From: Schmidtea polychroa
Taxonomy: Eukaryota
Reading direction: 5' to 3'
DNA length: 64,000 nt
NCBI GenBank assembly: GCA_044892525.1
Contig: CM097885.1
Coordinates: forward strand, 71,796,001-71,860,000
Part shown: positions 48,756 to 59,115 of the stretch, piece after piece
How positions within the stretch are numbered: the first letter of the stretch is position 1
Layout: each line of letters begins with the position of its first letter
The notes under the pieces: generated by a model
Told to the model about the DNA's origin: nothing
Databases searched by the model: none
The model's input: the letters and a program-made list of their open reading frames with translations, nothing else
Made by a program: the position numbers and the translations under genes

Positions 48756-50900
48756 CATGGGCGTCCGCAGGAATTTTTCCAGGGGGGACAAAAAAACAAA
48801 GTAGAGAACTTCTACATATTAATGTAATACTTAAACATTTAACAATTAGTATCATTTAAATTTTTGTTATGCTCATTTACGAAAAAAAATTGTTACTATA
48901 TATAATCAGATTAATAATAGTATATTGATGATTTCAATTAAAGTCATTTTTATCGTTGAAACATTAATGTGATTTTAGGTTAATAGACAGAATCAAAAAA
49001 CGTAAAAAAAGTTCTTTTTTGTATATTTTCCATAAATATTTATTCAATTATAAAACAAAATTACAGACTTATTCATAAATATTACTTTTTGAAAAGAAAC
49101 TGCAAACATCTTGACCAAATTTATTGATCACTTTGTCCATTATTTTTCGCTTTTTTACTGTCATTGATTCTGTCACGATGAACACTCATCATGCAAAGTC
49201 CAGAAAGTCTATTTTCACACATTGTTGACATTAGCCACGTTTTGACTCTTCTCAGTGTGCTAAATGATCTTTCAACAGTGCAAGTTGACACTGGCAAAGT
49301 TAAAGCAATAAGAACTGCTTTCTTAATAGCTGGAAAAAGGTCTGTGAATTGTAATAAATCCATCATTCCATCGCGACTTTTGATTTCAAAATCCGACTTT
49401 TTATTTGACCACATCTCAAAACCAAGTGCTTGCCTCAGCATCAAAGTTTTCAATTTGATATTACATTAGGAGGTTTTCTGTGTGAGTTTTGAATTCATCT
49501 TTTGAAAGTTTCAACATTTTCACTGGGTGAAGTGAAAATAGACTAAAATTGATTTTATTATTGTCATTGAATCTGGCCTCCAACGATGAGATGATTGAAT
49601 CCAAGTATAGTATAAAGACAGATCTACGAAAATATTCTTCAACAGTTGAACCACCATTTTTTGAGCGGTTTGTTTGCCTCTCAACTGGGTGTTTAATTGT
49701 TCTGCCAATTTCTCACTTTGAGAAATAATGGTCTGAAAAAACTCTTCGGCATTTTGTCTGTGAGTGTGGAAGATTTTTAGTAGCTCTTGGACCTGGTCAA
49801 AAACTTTCAGAATTTTTAATTGTGTTGATTGTAGGGCTTGTGCTACTGACTCTAATTTTGAGGAGCAGTAAGTGATGATTTGAAGACAAATTAGAAAACT
49901 TGATGTACTTGAAGCACACTGTAACTGGTGGGCATTCTGTCGTGTTTTGCCATTTGCTTCGATAACCAGTGAACTCAGCTGATCAAAAATGTCTTCAAAA
50001 CTTGCAGAAAAAGGTCTGACGCTTTTGTATTTTTCAGACCAACGTGTTTCTTTGGGCTTTCTCGAAAAAATTTAATAATGCTCTTAATTGTTCCAATTGT
50101 ATTCCTAACATCTGGTACAGCATTGAGATCATTAATCACAATATTAAGCCGATGTGATGTACAATGCACAACAACAGCTTTAGGCTATTTGGTCCTAATT
50201 TTTGCCTGAACGCCACCTTCTTTGCCAGCCATTGTTGAGCAGCCATCATAGCCTTGGCCATACATTTTTTCAAGGTTTAATCCAAACCTTGGGCACTGAT
50301 CAATGATTTTATCAGCTATGGATGTAGCATCAAAATGATCCAGTTTTGTAAATCCAATGAGTTCTTCATGGATAACAGTTTCTGTGCTGCTAGAATTCAC
50401 AAAACGAACTCCTATGGAAATTTGTTCGTTTCGAGATATGTCAGAACTCTCATCTCAAATGATTGAAAATCCAATGGATTTATTGGCCATTGAAACAATT
50501 TCTTCCCTTATGGCTTCTTCAGTCAACTTGATTAGCTCATGTTCTATGCGCACAGGTGTGTATACTGCATTGGCTGGTGAAGTTTCCAAATGATTTTTGA
50601 GTACTTCAACTCCAGCTTCAATCCTGAAATCGTAGAGGCTTTGCACATTTACACTTACACTTGTTTTTCATTTATGTCAGTTGCCCCACAGAACAAAATA
50701 CTTGATAAAATCGGATCCAATTTTTTCCTATTATTTTCAACTTGGCGCTTTAGGGCACTGTCTATTAGATAAACAATGTTCAATTCTGGCGTTTCCTTTA
50801 ATTGTAAGAACTTTGCTGCACAAGCCAGTGCATTTTTATGCCACGGACTTGATTAGTGACTTTTGGCACTTTCATGAAATTCTTTGTATTTTATAAAAGA
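48756..50900 (-). mobile_element. Decayed hAT (Tip100/ZMYM1/THAP12-like) transposon
   Basis: YGQGYDGCSTMAG, HCTSHRLN and VSTCTVERSFSTLRRVKTW in broken ORFs; one terminus CATGGGCGTCCGCAGG at 48756, other end not found. Confidence 0.8.
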
Positions 50901-52017
50901 CCCTGTGATGAATGTACCTTGAAAACCACGATTTATTGGTTGGGAAAAAGTATGCAAAATTTGCAAACTGCTCCTTTTAAACGAACTGAATAACTCAGCC
51001 AGGGTGAGTCCTGTCAATCAAAATCAAGGAAGGGGTAGAAAGGGAATAAATGCATTACGTTGCAGTATTTTAAAACTTAAATATATTTTAAAAACACATT
51101 TTGACACTAAAGTTGATTTATTTAACAAAGACATAATAAAACTAAAATTATTAGATTAAAGATTCAATAATTAAAACAAAATATATGACATAATGAACAC
51201 ATTAGATATGTGATGGACAAATCTTCTAGAAATTATAACTGCTCATTGATGTATTTATCAACAAAACATCAAAATAGATAAAAATTCAATATTTAAAACA
51301 AAACAAGTGTGCAAATAAAATTATAAGCAAACTAATTGGTAGAAAATTAAATTCTATATATTTAATGATTATACTAAAAATTCTTTAGAAATATAAAAAA
51401 TTGATAAAATTTTCAAATTTACGATAAAAAATACGTGTGCATCATATAATATATGACATATATCAATTCTAATCATCATTTACTTTTAAATAAAGTTTTA
51501 ACATGTGAATTAAATATTCATAAAAGATACGTTAACTGTATAAAAATAACAATTTATCATAAAAACATACGTGTAACACATAAAAAAACACGAATCAAGC
51601 CATTAAAATTAAATTTTAACTATACATTATGTAAATACAAACTTTAAAAGCTACTTTAACCATGTGAAAAATACAAATTTATCGTAAAAACATGTGTGTA
51701 TTACACACAAAATAAGATACATAACTTTTAATCAAGCTATTTTATAGAAAATTAAATTTTATCTATATAATATATGAATAAAATTCCAAGAAAATTACGT
51801 TAACTACATGAGAAATACAAATTTATCGTAAAAACATGTGTGTATTACACAAAAAGGACAAACTGAAATTGTAATTCCGTCATTTTGTAGAGAATTAAAT
51901 TCTGTTTAAACATGGTTACACTTAAATCCCAATCGGACCTTGGAAAAGGGACAAAAAAGAGAAAAACAGTAGAGTATGGTAGGATGAAGAGCCGGGATCA
52001 TATTTAAATTTAAAAAT

Positions 52018-52080
52018 TGATGAGTTATGCCGATGAGTCACTCGATGAGTCATGCCGATTAGTCACGGCGATGAGTCATA
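52018..52080. promoter_or_regulatory. Cluster of TGAGTCA (AP-1-like) motifs in a short tandem repeat
   Basis: Five approximately 10-13-bp units with core GATGAGTCA, three of them exact TGAGTCA. Confidence 0.35.
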
Positions 52081-52159
52081 AAAACCCCTGTGTGGGTAGG
52101 AGTAGGAGTTATATGTCTTTGTTTAGTAAAACGATTAATCATATGTCTTTGTTCCAGGC

Positions 52160-53460
52160 TCCTTATTCTATTATATTCGAAGAGACCTATGGGTGTGATG
52201 ATTGCTGTTTTTTATGTCTTCCGTTCTGATAGGTATTTGATGATAGGTTTTTTCTAAGTCTATTTTTCTGAATATTTTTGTTTGTTAAATATGTTAATGA
52301 TGTCGTTTATGATTGGAATTGGGTATTTGTCGGCTGTTGTGATGTTGTTTAGTACTCTGTAGTCTCCACAGGCTTGCCATTCGCCATTCGCCATTTGCCT
52401 TTCCTTTAAGCATAAGAGCTGATGAGCAGTTTGAGTTTGAATGTTTAACGATTTGGTTTTCTAGTAGTTCGTCAAATATTTTCTTAGGTGAATGTTTGGC
52501 TGTCACCAATTGTCAGTGCTATCATTGGTGACTTTATAAGCTTCCCGACTCTTCTTTGTCGAAGAAGCAGGGTTTGTTACATTTATATGCTTTATTCCCG
52601 AATTTATTGTGGTAGTAACAATAGTTTTGGTTTGTGCATTTATTAGGGTTGTTCCATGTCTTGTTTCTGTTTGCCTGTTTTCATAATATTGTGTTCTCTG
52701 GATTCTCTTCTTTGTAACTGTGTTATGTTTTTACTTAGACTTTTGTTTTCGATAATTATTTCGTCGAATTTTCTTACCAAAGTTGAGAGGAGTTTGTTCG
52801 TTTCTGTAGTTTCTGAGCTGTTGTTTACAGGTATGTTTTGTTCATTGTTTTTGAAATAATTTTTGTTTTGGTAGGTTCTACATATTGTCGGGTATATTTC
52901 ATCGTTAATTTTGTCTGCTATGTTTGACAGGGTTCCGATGTCTGTACAATTACTGACAGCTAGAATCCGGCGTATTTCTGGTGGCATTGCGCGTATGAAT
53001 ATGTCTTTGATGAATTCTTTTGACCCAATGCTTGTTATCTTTGGTTGCAGATATTCGAGTTTTGCTTTTAAATTTCGCAGAAATGCAGACGGTTTGTCGT
53101 TGCGGTAACGATTCGTTACCCAATTGAATATCTTTCAAGCACGATTTTAGTAGTTCTCGTCTGTTGATTTTGTTCCGATTTATTAATGTATTATATAGGT
53201 TTTCGAAAAGGTCATCGTCTTTTGATATTTCGTCTATTCTATCGACTATCTCGTTGAGGATGTTGATGGGGATGGCTGCAATTATGTGTGAACAGACTGT
53301 TTTTGATGATTTTATGCCTGATAGGCTTAGTGTTAATTTGGAAAATTCTAGCCATTTTTGTGGTGTCCCTTTTTCATCTGTAAAAATATTTGGGATATTT
53401 GCCTTGGAATTAAGTACTGAGTTAAACCTCGAGGGTTAGGCTTGAGTCTCGCTACCACTG
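52160..53460 (-). mobile_element. Decayed Gypsy element 5' part (PBS, gag, start of RT)
   Basis: PBS-like TGGTAGCGAG at about 53450; gag fragments (KPSAFLRNL, MPPEIRRIL); RT start (KANGEWR, KIDLEKTYHQIPI). Confidence 0.72.
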
Positions 53461-55004
53461 CGTTGCTTGAATAGTGATCATATGACAAGAATTGAAAATA
53501 AATGAAATTGGATAAAAAGAATAATCATGAAGAAGACCAAAGTTTGTATTGAGAGAAAGATAACGTTGTGAAAATATTATAAAATCAGTTTAAGAAATAC
53601 TTTTATTCGATATTGCTCGAATCTGTTTTACTGTCATCTAACAATGCGTAATAATTTACATGTATTTAAGCATTTTCTAAAAATTTCTTTTTGTCACTTT
53701 TGGAATGACTGCATTAAATCGTTTTCGTCGATAAGTTGATCTTACGGTTACTGTGATAAGAGTAAAGGTCCAAGGATGTGGTTACCTGGGAAAGCTTAGG
53801 AAGCACTATATAATACTGTCGATATATTATTATTAATTAAAGTATATAGGTACATAACAATAAGGTTAGGTTTTTAAATTTAGAAATAAAAATTTGGAAG
53901 ATATTTTTGTGATTATTTCTTACCTAATTGATCCGTACACTTTTCTTTACCAAAAACAACATTTGCATGCAAAATTTCGAAAATAATAATTTTGTTCTAA
54001 TTAGCTATTGAAATCACTTTGTTTTTGTAATATTAACTATTTTAAACTTATTTATCTTTTTTAATTAGAAAGTAGGCATGATTCAGAATTGAGTAGATTA
54101 ATTTGTGTAAGTAATGAGTTCTGTATGTGTTTAAATGAGCTAATTCTTGCTTATTACATATTCTCGCGCAGGTGAATTAAAACAAGAAAATATTGAAGTC
54201 TTTTGATTTGAGCTTTTACAAGAAATCTAAAATGGCCGGCTGTTGACTTGTGCTTTATTAATGAATATTAATTGTATTATGCTGTGAATGCCCATAATAA
54301 TAAAATAAAATAATTATTAAAATGATTGGAGAAAATCAATAAATATAAAAGGGAATTTTTACAGATTCAGGACATTTTACAGATTATAAGAGGAAGATAA
54401 GCAAGCTGATGGTAAATTTAAATTATAGGATTGTCTCTAATACGTGTAAAGTACGCAATATCTTTATTAAAAAATTCAAAAACTACAGTTGGATTGTGTT
54501 TGGATCTTGTTTATCAATTGACATCTAATGAATGTTATGCCATAAACATTGGAGAGACTTTCCGTTATCCATGTACTCGAGTTCTTGGATATTTTTGGTC
54601 TAATGACTTCATTATTATTAGTGAGGAGATGGATATGTCCCTTCCACACCACTACCCCCCCCCCCCCCCTCCCGGACAAATTTTTTTTAAACTCGGAATT
54701 TTATAACGAACATCAAATTATATAGTCTATATATAGAAAAATTCCATAGTTTCCATGGAAAGTGAGCTCCAAAGTCTCGAACTTCAACATCAAATGTCAT
54801 AATTTAACATCATTCATATATTATCAAACATCGAAAATCTTATATTATAGAAATAAAATCATATTCTTCCTAAATTTTCCCAACTCCAAAATTTACCAAA
54901 ATTTAAAAAGTCCCAAAAACAAATTTCCCAAAATTTCACAAATCAAAATTTTAAAAATGGTACAAAATCTAAAGTATATTTTTTTAAATCAAACACAAAA
55001 CATG

Positions 55005-55253
55005 CAAGTAGTGAGGAATCTATGCACCCCACCACCACCACCCCCAAAAAACCAGCGTTATTAACCCATATTTTCCACATTTATATGCTTTTTTACCCCA
55101 TATTCTTCACTTTTTTTAACTTTTAAACTTTGTCCCCTATTGCCATTAACCCTTAATTTCTTCCCTTAAAAGTAAAAAAGTTCGGAATAGATGTATTTAT
55201 AGATTAGTAATTCCGAGAAAAGGTAACGGGGTGCATAGATTCCTCACTACTTG
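55005..55253. mobile_element. Mini element bounded by Maverick-type termini
   Basis: Perfect 26-bp inverted repeat CAAGTAGTGAGGAATCTATGCACCCC at 55005-55030 and 55228-55253; no TSD. Confidence 0.75.
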
Positions 55254-55396
55254 GTCTTAAGGATTTAATGTTATAAGGATTTAATGTTATAAGAATATCA
55301 GATTACCTAATTCATAATGATCTAGGTCGCCTGATCACCTTAAGGTTTTGAAAGTTTTAAAAATAAAAAATTTTATGAAAATAGTAAAACTGCTCT

Positions 55397-55408
55397 GAGG
55401 GGACAGTG

Positions 55409-55441
<33 letters not shown>

Positions 55442-55490
55442 CACTGTCCCCTCAACAGTTTTTTTTGATCCGGATCATTTTTTTTTTTTT
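55397..55490. other. 12-bp GC-rich stem with T30 loop, then T8, a 12-bp palindrome and T13
   Basis: GAGGGGACAGTG (55397-55408) / CACTGTCCCCTC (55442-55453); TGATCCGGATCA (55466-55477). Confidence 0.8.
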
Positions 55491-55569
55491 ATTTATCAAC
55501 CTCTTTCGTTTATCAAATCTCTTCCAATATACAAGCTGGCCAGACTCATACATCAGAATCAATCCGATA

Positions 55570-55795
55570 ATAGCAGCACGCCTTATTATTCGCTTCTCGC
55601 TCACGAAGTCGATTTCAACGGCGTTTTAAGCGTGCTGCTCGAAAGTACAAATGAATTCGAAAGAGAATTCGAAAGAAGTCCGAAAACAACCAAGAAATAA
55701 ATGTGCACATTATAGAATCGATCCGGGGGTGTTCGAAAGACAGGTGGCGATAATTACCGGTTCGCCACCATCACCCGTTTCAATATTTTTTTTTT
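55570..55795. ncRNA. GC-rich structured non-coding region, candidate Pol III RNA (orientation uncertain)
   Basis: Stems AGCAGCACGC/GCGTGCTGCT, GAATTC/GAATTC, GGTGGCGA/TCGCCACC and GGGTG/CACCC; minus-strand A-box-like TGGCGAACCGG; T10 run at 55786-55795. Confidence 0.45.
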
Positions 55796-55944
55796 CATAT
55801 TTATGTTTAAAAAATAATTAATTAATAAAAAAATAAAATAAAATAAAATAAATAAAATAAAATATACAAGTACTTTATAAATATAAGATACCCACACTAT
55901 TATTTTCAAATTTTTAATATTATTTTTATGTTGAAAAAAAACTA

Positions 55945-56015
55945 ACCACAGTTAGGATTTGAACCGCTATCTATTTGAACCACTGTGTCAGTCTAGCCCA
56001 CTGCGCCATCAAGGT
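55945..56015 (-). ncRNA. tRNA-like Pol III cassette 1
   Basis: A box TGGCGCAGTGG at tRNA position 8; B box GGTTCAAATCC; 71 nt; T8 terminator; stems mostly decayed. Confidence 0.75.
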
Positions 56016-56185
56016 TTGGATTTTTTGTCATTTTTTAGACTATAAATAATCGATTCAAGTTAAAACGTTTTTGATCTTAAATTTCCAAGAGTTGCCGTTG
56101 ACCAATCATCTTTAAAATTTGTACAAGTACTAAATCGAGTATGCTGATCAATATTTTGTTTAAAAAAAAAAATTTGAAAAAAAAT

Positions 56186-56257
56186 GACCGAAATGGGATT
56201 TGAACCCATTGGTATTGGCAATGCAGTCGAGTGCTATTACCACTAAGCTATACTCAA
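56186..56257 (-). ncRNA. tRNA-like Pol III cassette 2 (tRNA-Cys-like 5' half)
   Basis: A box TAGCTTAGTGG; D stem GCT/AGC; GACTGCA anticodon-like motif; perfect T arm ATGGG-TTCAAAT-CCCAT; 72 nt; T8 terminator; anticodon and acceptor stems poorly paired. Confidence 0.8.
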
Positions 56258-56421
56258 TATGAAATAAGTTGTTAATGTGTGACTATTTATTGATGAAATT
56301 AATAATTAATTATTCATTTTCTCGACAACTACCACTCAGATCCATCTGAAAATTTAAATATATACTAAAATCAGTACGCTGAATCAGATTCCGTTGAAAA
56401 AAAAAATATCGAAAAAAATTG

Positions 56422-56493
56422 ACCAAAATCGAAAATTGAACCCGGTACTCCCGGTGATAAAATTGAAGCCTATTCCCACTCCGCTATAATGGC
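56422..56493 (-). ncRNA. tRNA-like Pol III cassette 3 (tRNA-Asp-like 3' half)
   Basis: A box TAGCGGAGTGG; degenerate B box GGTTCAATTTT; partial acceptor stem GCCATTA/TTTTGGT; 72 nt; T7 terminator. Confidence 0.65.
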
Positions 56494-56551
56494 TTACATA
56501 ATATATTTAATTAATCCTATTGTGTGTGTGTGTAAATTTTAATATATAAAA

Positions 56552-57844
56552 ATGAATAATATAAATCTTAAAATTCAAGAAAAAAATAAATTAAATCTTG
56601 ATTATAATAAAGAATTTACTCATGAAATCAAGAAAAACGATGTACTTAAAATCTCCCCAACTTCAGGATCTATTGCAAACTTAAATCGTAGGGGTGATAT
56701 AGTTTTTCAATCTCTTCAAACATCAAACCCAATAGATATTTGTAATGCCAAATTATATTACAAAGTAGAATTAGAAATTGAAGCAAACAAAGATATAACC
56801 CTAGAAAATAATTTCTTTCCAAATTTATTCTCCAATATGAGATTAAAACTAGGATCATCAGAAATTGAAACTGTTTTACATCCGGGAGTATATTCTACAA
56901 TGTTAAATTTTATTTTGACTGGTTGTGATTATAAAAACGAATATGGTGAATTAACAGGTTGGATTCCTGATGTTAATAAAGGGGATTTAGATAAAGATGG
57001 TTTAGATGTAAACCATGGTTACTATAAAAGAGCTGAACTTTATAAATCTAAAAAATTTGAAGGTTATTTTGAATTAAAACACTTGTTTGGATTCCTTCAA
57101 AACTATAATCGTATACTTCATAATGTTTTTATAGAATTCATCTGTAATAGAGTAGAAGGTGATAAAAGATTGTTCTATGGAGCTGTAGATACAAAAGCTA
57201 AATTAAAATTATCAACACTTGAATTACATATACCTGAATGGACATTAAACCCACATTCTGAGATTAAACTCCTTGAAAGATTAAATTCCAACAAGTCTAT
57301 AAATGTAAATTATTTAAATAGAATCTGTAGTGAATTTAGTATGACAGAGGGTTCAACATATTCTATAAAGGTAGCAAATTTAGCATACCGACCAAGATAT
57401 ATCTTGATTGGATTCAAAGAAGTAGATTCATCTTTCCAAAAAAATAACAACTTGTTTATTCAAAAGATTGGAGTTGATAATTTAAAAACAATCCAAATTC
57501 AATTAAATAGTTCTTATTATCCAATAAATAGAATGGAATTTAATATTGAAAATAATGAAAACATATTCCCATATCTAAATTATATTGAAACATGTTATGA
57601 TTTCAAAGTTGAACCGCAATTAAGTTTAGAAGATTTCAAAAATTTATATTCTATATTTTGTATAAATGTATCAGACCAAGATGATCGATTAGCCATAAAT
57701 AATGTTGATGTTACACTTCATGTAACAAAGGATTCTAATTTTAAAGCTAAAGTATATACATTAATATTAGAAGAAAAGAAAATAGAAATAAAATTATATG
57801 GTGGAAAGATTTCAATAATCGAAAATGTTAGGGGAGATTCTTGA
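56552..57844 (+). CDS. Maverick major capsid protein (double jelly-roll, PY-like), 430 aa
   Basis: Size, beta-rich pattern and motifs (LENNFFP.LFS..RL, RPRYILIGF, YYP, F..LYSIFCINVS) recalled from Polinton capsids; viral gene context. Confidence 0.8.
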   Translation: MNNINLKIQEKNKLNLDYNKEFTHEIKKNDVLKISPTSGSIANLNRRGDIVFQSLQTSNPIDICNAKLYYKVELEIEANKDITLENNFFPNLFSNMRLKLGSSEIETVLHPGVYSTMLNFILTGCDYKNEYGELTGWIPDVNKGDLDKDGLDVNHGYYKRAELYKSKKFEGYFELKHLFGFLQNYNRILHNVFIEFICNRVEGDKRLFYGAVDTKAKLKLSTLELHIPEWTLNPHSEIKLLERLNSNKSINVNYLNRICSEFSMTEGSTYSIKVANLAYRPRYILIGFKEVDSSFQKNNNLFIQKIGVDNLKTIQIQLNSSYYPINRMEFNIENNENIFPYLNYIETCYDFKVEPQLSLEDFKNLYSIFCINVSDQDDRLAINNVDVTLHVTKDSNFKAKVYTLILEEKKIEIKLYGGKISIIENVRGDS

Positions 57845-57873
57845 TATAATCCCTGATATTTTAACATTTTAAA

Positions 57874-59115
57874 ATGTCTTTAAATAAATATTGGAGATGT
57901 GAAACTTGTAATTGTCAAGTTACAAGACATCATAAAGCAAGCCATCTTAAAACTAAAAAACATACAGGAGGCGATTTGCAATCTTCAAAAACAACATCTT
58001 CAATATTAAAACCTTTTACTACAGAAAAATATCCAGGTGAAAGACATTTATTTAAACACAACTATACTGAACCAGGAACACGTCTAGATATTAGATTAGA
58101 TGAAAATAATAATCCCAAACAAGGAGAAGAACCAATAAATAGAATTGATCAAGAAGCTTTAAAACATGACATTGCATACAATTCAACAAATCTTAGAGAT
58201 AGACATGTTGCAGATGTGAATTTAATACATGATTTAAATAGTATCCAAAATCCATCAACCCAAGAAAAGATTCAAAGAGCTCTAGTTAAATTAGCAATGA
58301 AAGGTAAGATTTTCATAGGCTTAGGACACAGTCCGATCACCATGGGTGCAAGACTTCCTAGGAAAGCGAAAGATGTTGCTTATAAAAAGATTATCGAACA
58401 AGCAGAGATTGAAAGATCCAAGACTAGTTTACAAACCCCAACAGAATCAGAAATAAAATATGCAAAGGAATTACACCATGAATTTAGAAAAAATAAAAAA
58501 TATTTAAAAGTTCAAGTACATGAAAAAGATCAAACATGGTCTGCAGATTTAGTCTTTATGCCCAAATCATCAGACCCTGAAAAATATAAAATAATTTTAA
58601 CTGTAATAGATTTATATACAAGATTTGCTTTTGCAAGATGTTTAGAAAATAAAACAGGATATTCTATTACAGAAGCATTTGAAAATATATTTGAAGAAAA
58701 TCAAAGAATCCCAAAATATTTATGGTGTGATAAAGGAACAGAATTTTATAACAAAGTTTTTACAAAGTTTTTAAATGAAAATGATATTAAATTATATTCA
58801 ACAGAAAACGAAGGAAAAGCAGTCGTAGTTGAAAGATTAAATAGAACATTAAAAAATAAAATGTGGAAATATTTTACTGCTATTGGAAAACAAAAATGGA
58901 ACAATGAATTGTTACAAAAGATTGTAAATGAATATAATAATGATGTACATAGTTCTATAAAATTAACACCTTTAAATGCTTCCATGAAGCCTGAAACCAT
59001 TAAAGTGGTAAATATTGAAAATGATGTTATTGAAAAACCAAAGTTTAAAATTGGTGACCGAGTAAGAATATTTAAATATAAAAATAAATTTGAAAAAGGA
59101 TTCACAGCAAAATGA
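57874..59115 (+). CDS. Zinc finger - parvovirus-type PLA2 - retroviral-like integrase fusion; probable premature TGA, frame continues to TAA at 59244
   Basis: C..C...H..TKKH finger; HNYTEPGT, LKHDIAY, RHVAD (PLA2); WSADL, WCDKGTEF, VVERLNRTLK (DDE). The stop sits at the W expected in KG.T..W, followed in frame by TNEIF...ITY...GRFY..ELQK. Confidence 0.92.
   Translation: MSLNKYWRCETCNCQVTRHHKASHLKTKKHTGGDLQSSKTTSSILKPFTTEKYPGERHLFKHNYTEPGTRLDIRLDENNNPKQGEEPINRIDQEALKHDIAYNSTNLRDRHVADVNLIHDLNSIQNPSTQEKIQRALVKLAMKGKIFIGLGHSPITMGARLPRKAKDVAYKKIIEQAEIERSKTSLQTPTESEIKYAKELHHEFRKNKKYLKVQVHEKDQTWSADLVFMPKSSDPEKYKIILTVIDLYTRFAFARCLENKTGYSITEAFENIFEENQRIPKYLWCDKGTEFYNKVFTKFLNENDIKLYSTENEGKAVVVERLNRTLKNKMWKYFTAIGKQKWNNELLQKIVNEYNNDVHSSIKLTPLNASMKPETIKVVNIENDVIEKPKFKIGDRVRIFKYKNKFEKGFTAK

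Noticed and set aside
51640-51870. Approximately 170-bp tandem duplication
   Set aside because: AT-rich with no coding or structural signal.
55574-55654. Arg-rich frame SRSRSRFQRRFKRAARKYK (protamine-like)
   Set aside because: No start codon, with stops immediately upstream; better explained by the hairpin sequence.
55640-55685. GAATTCGAAAG repeats as heat-shock elements
   Set aside because: Spacing does not fit nGAAnnTTCn.
55397-56257. MALAT1-like ENE plus mascRNA arrangement
   Set aside because: The U-rich loop is on the plus strand and apical, while the tRNA-like units are on the minus strand and upstream; order and strand do not fit.
55945-56493. Functional decoding tRNA genes
   Set aside because: Anticodon and acceptor stems do not pair adequately, so they are recorded as tRNA-like ncRNA candidates instead.
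59113-59115. TGA read as Trp (alternative genetic code)
   Set aside because: Other Trp codons in the element are TGG and TGA ends another viral ORF (60684-60686); a nonsense mutation is simpler.
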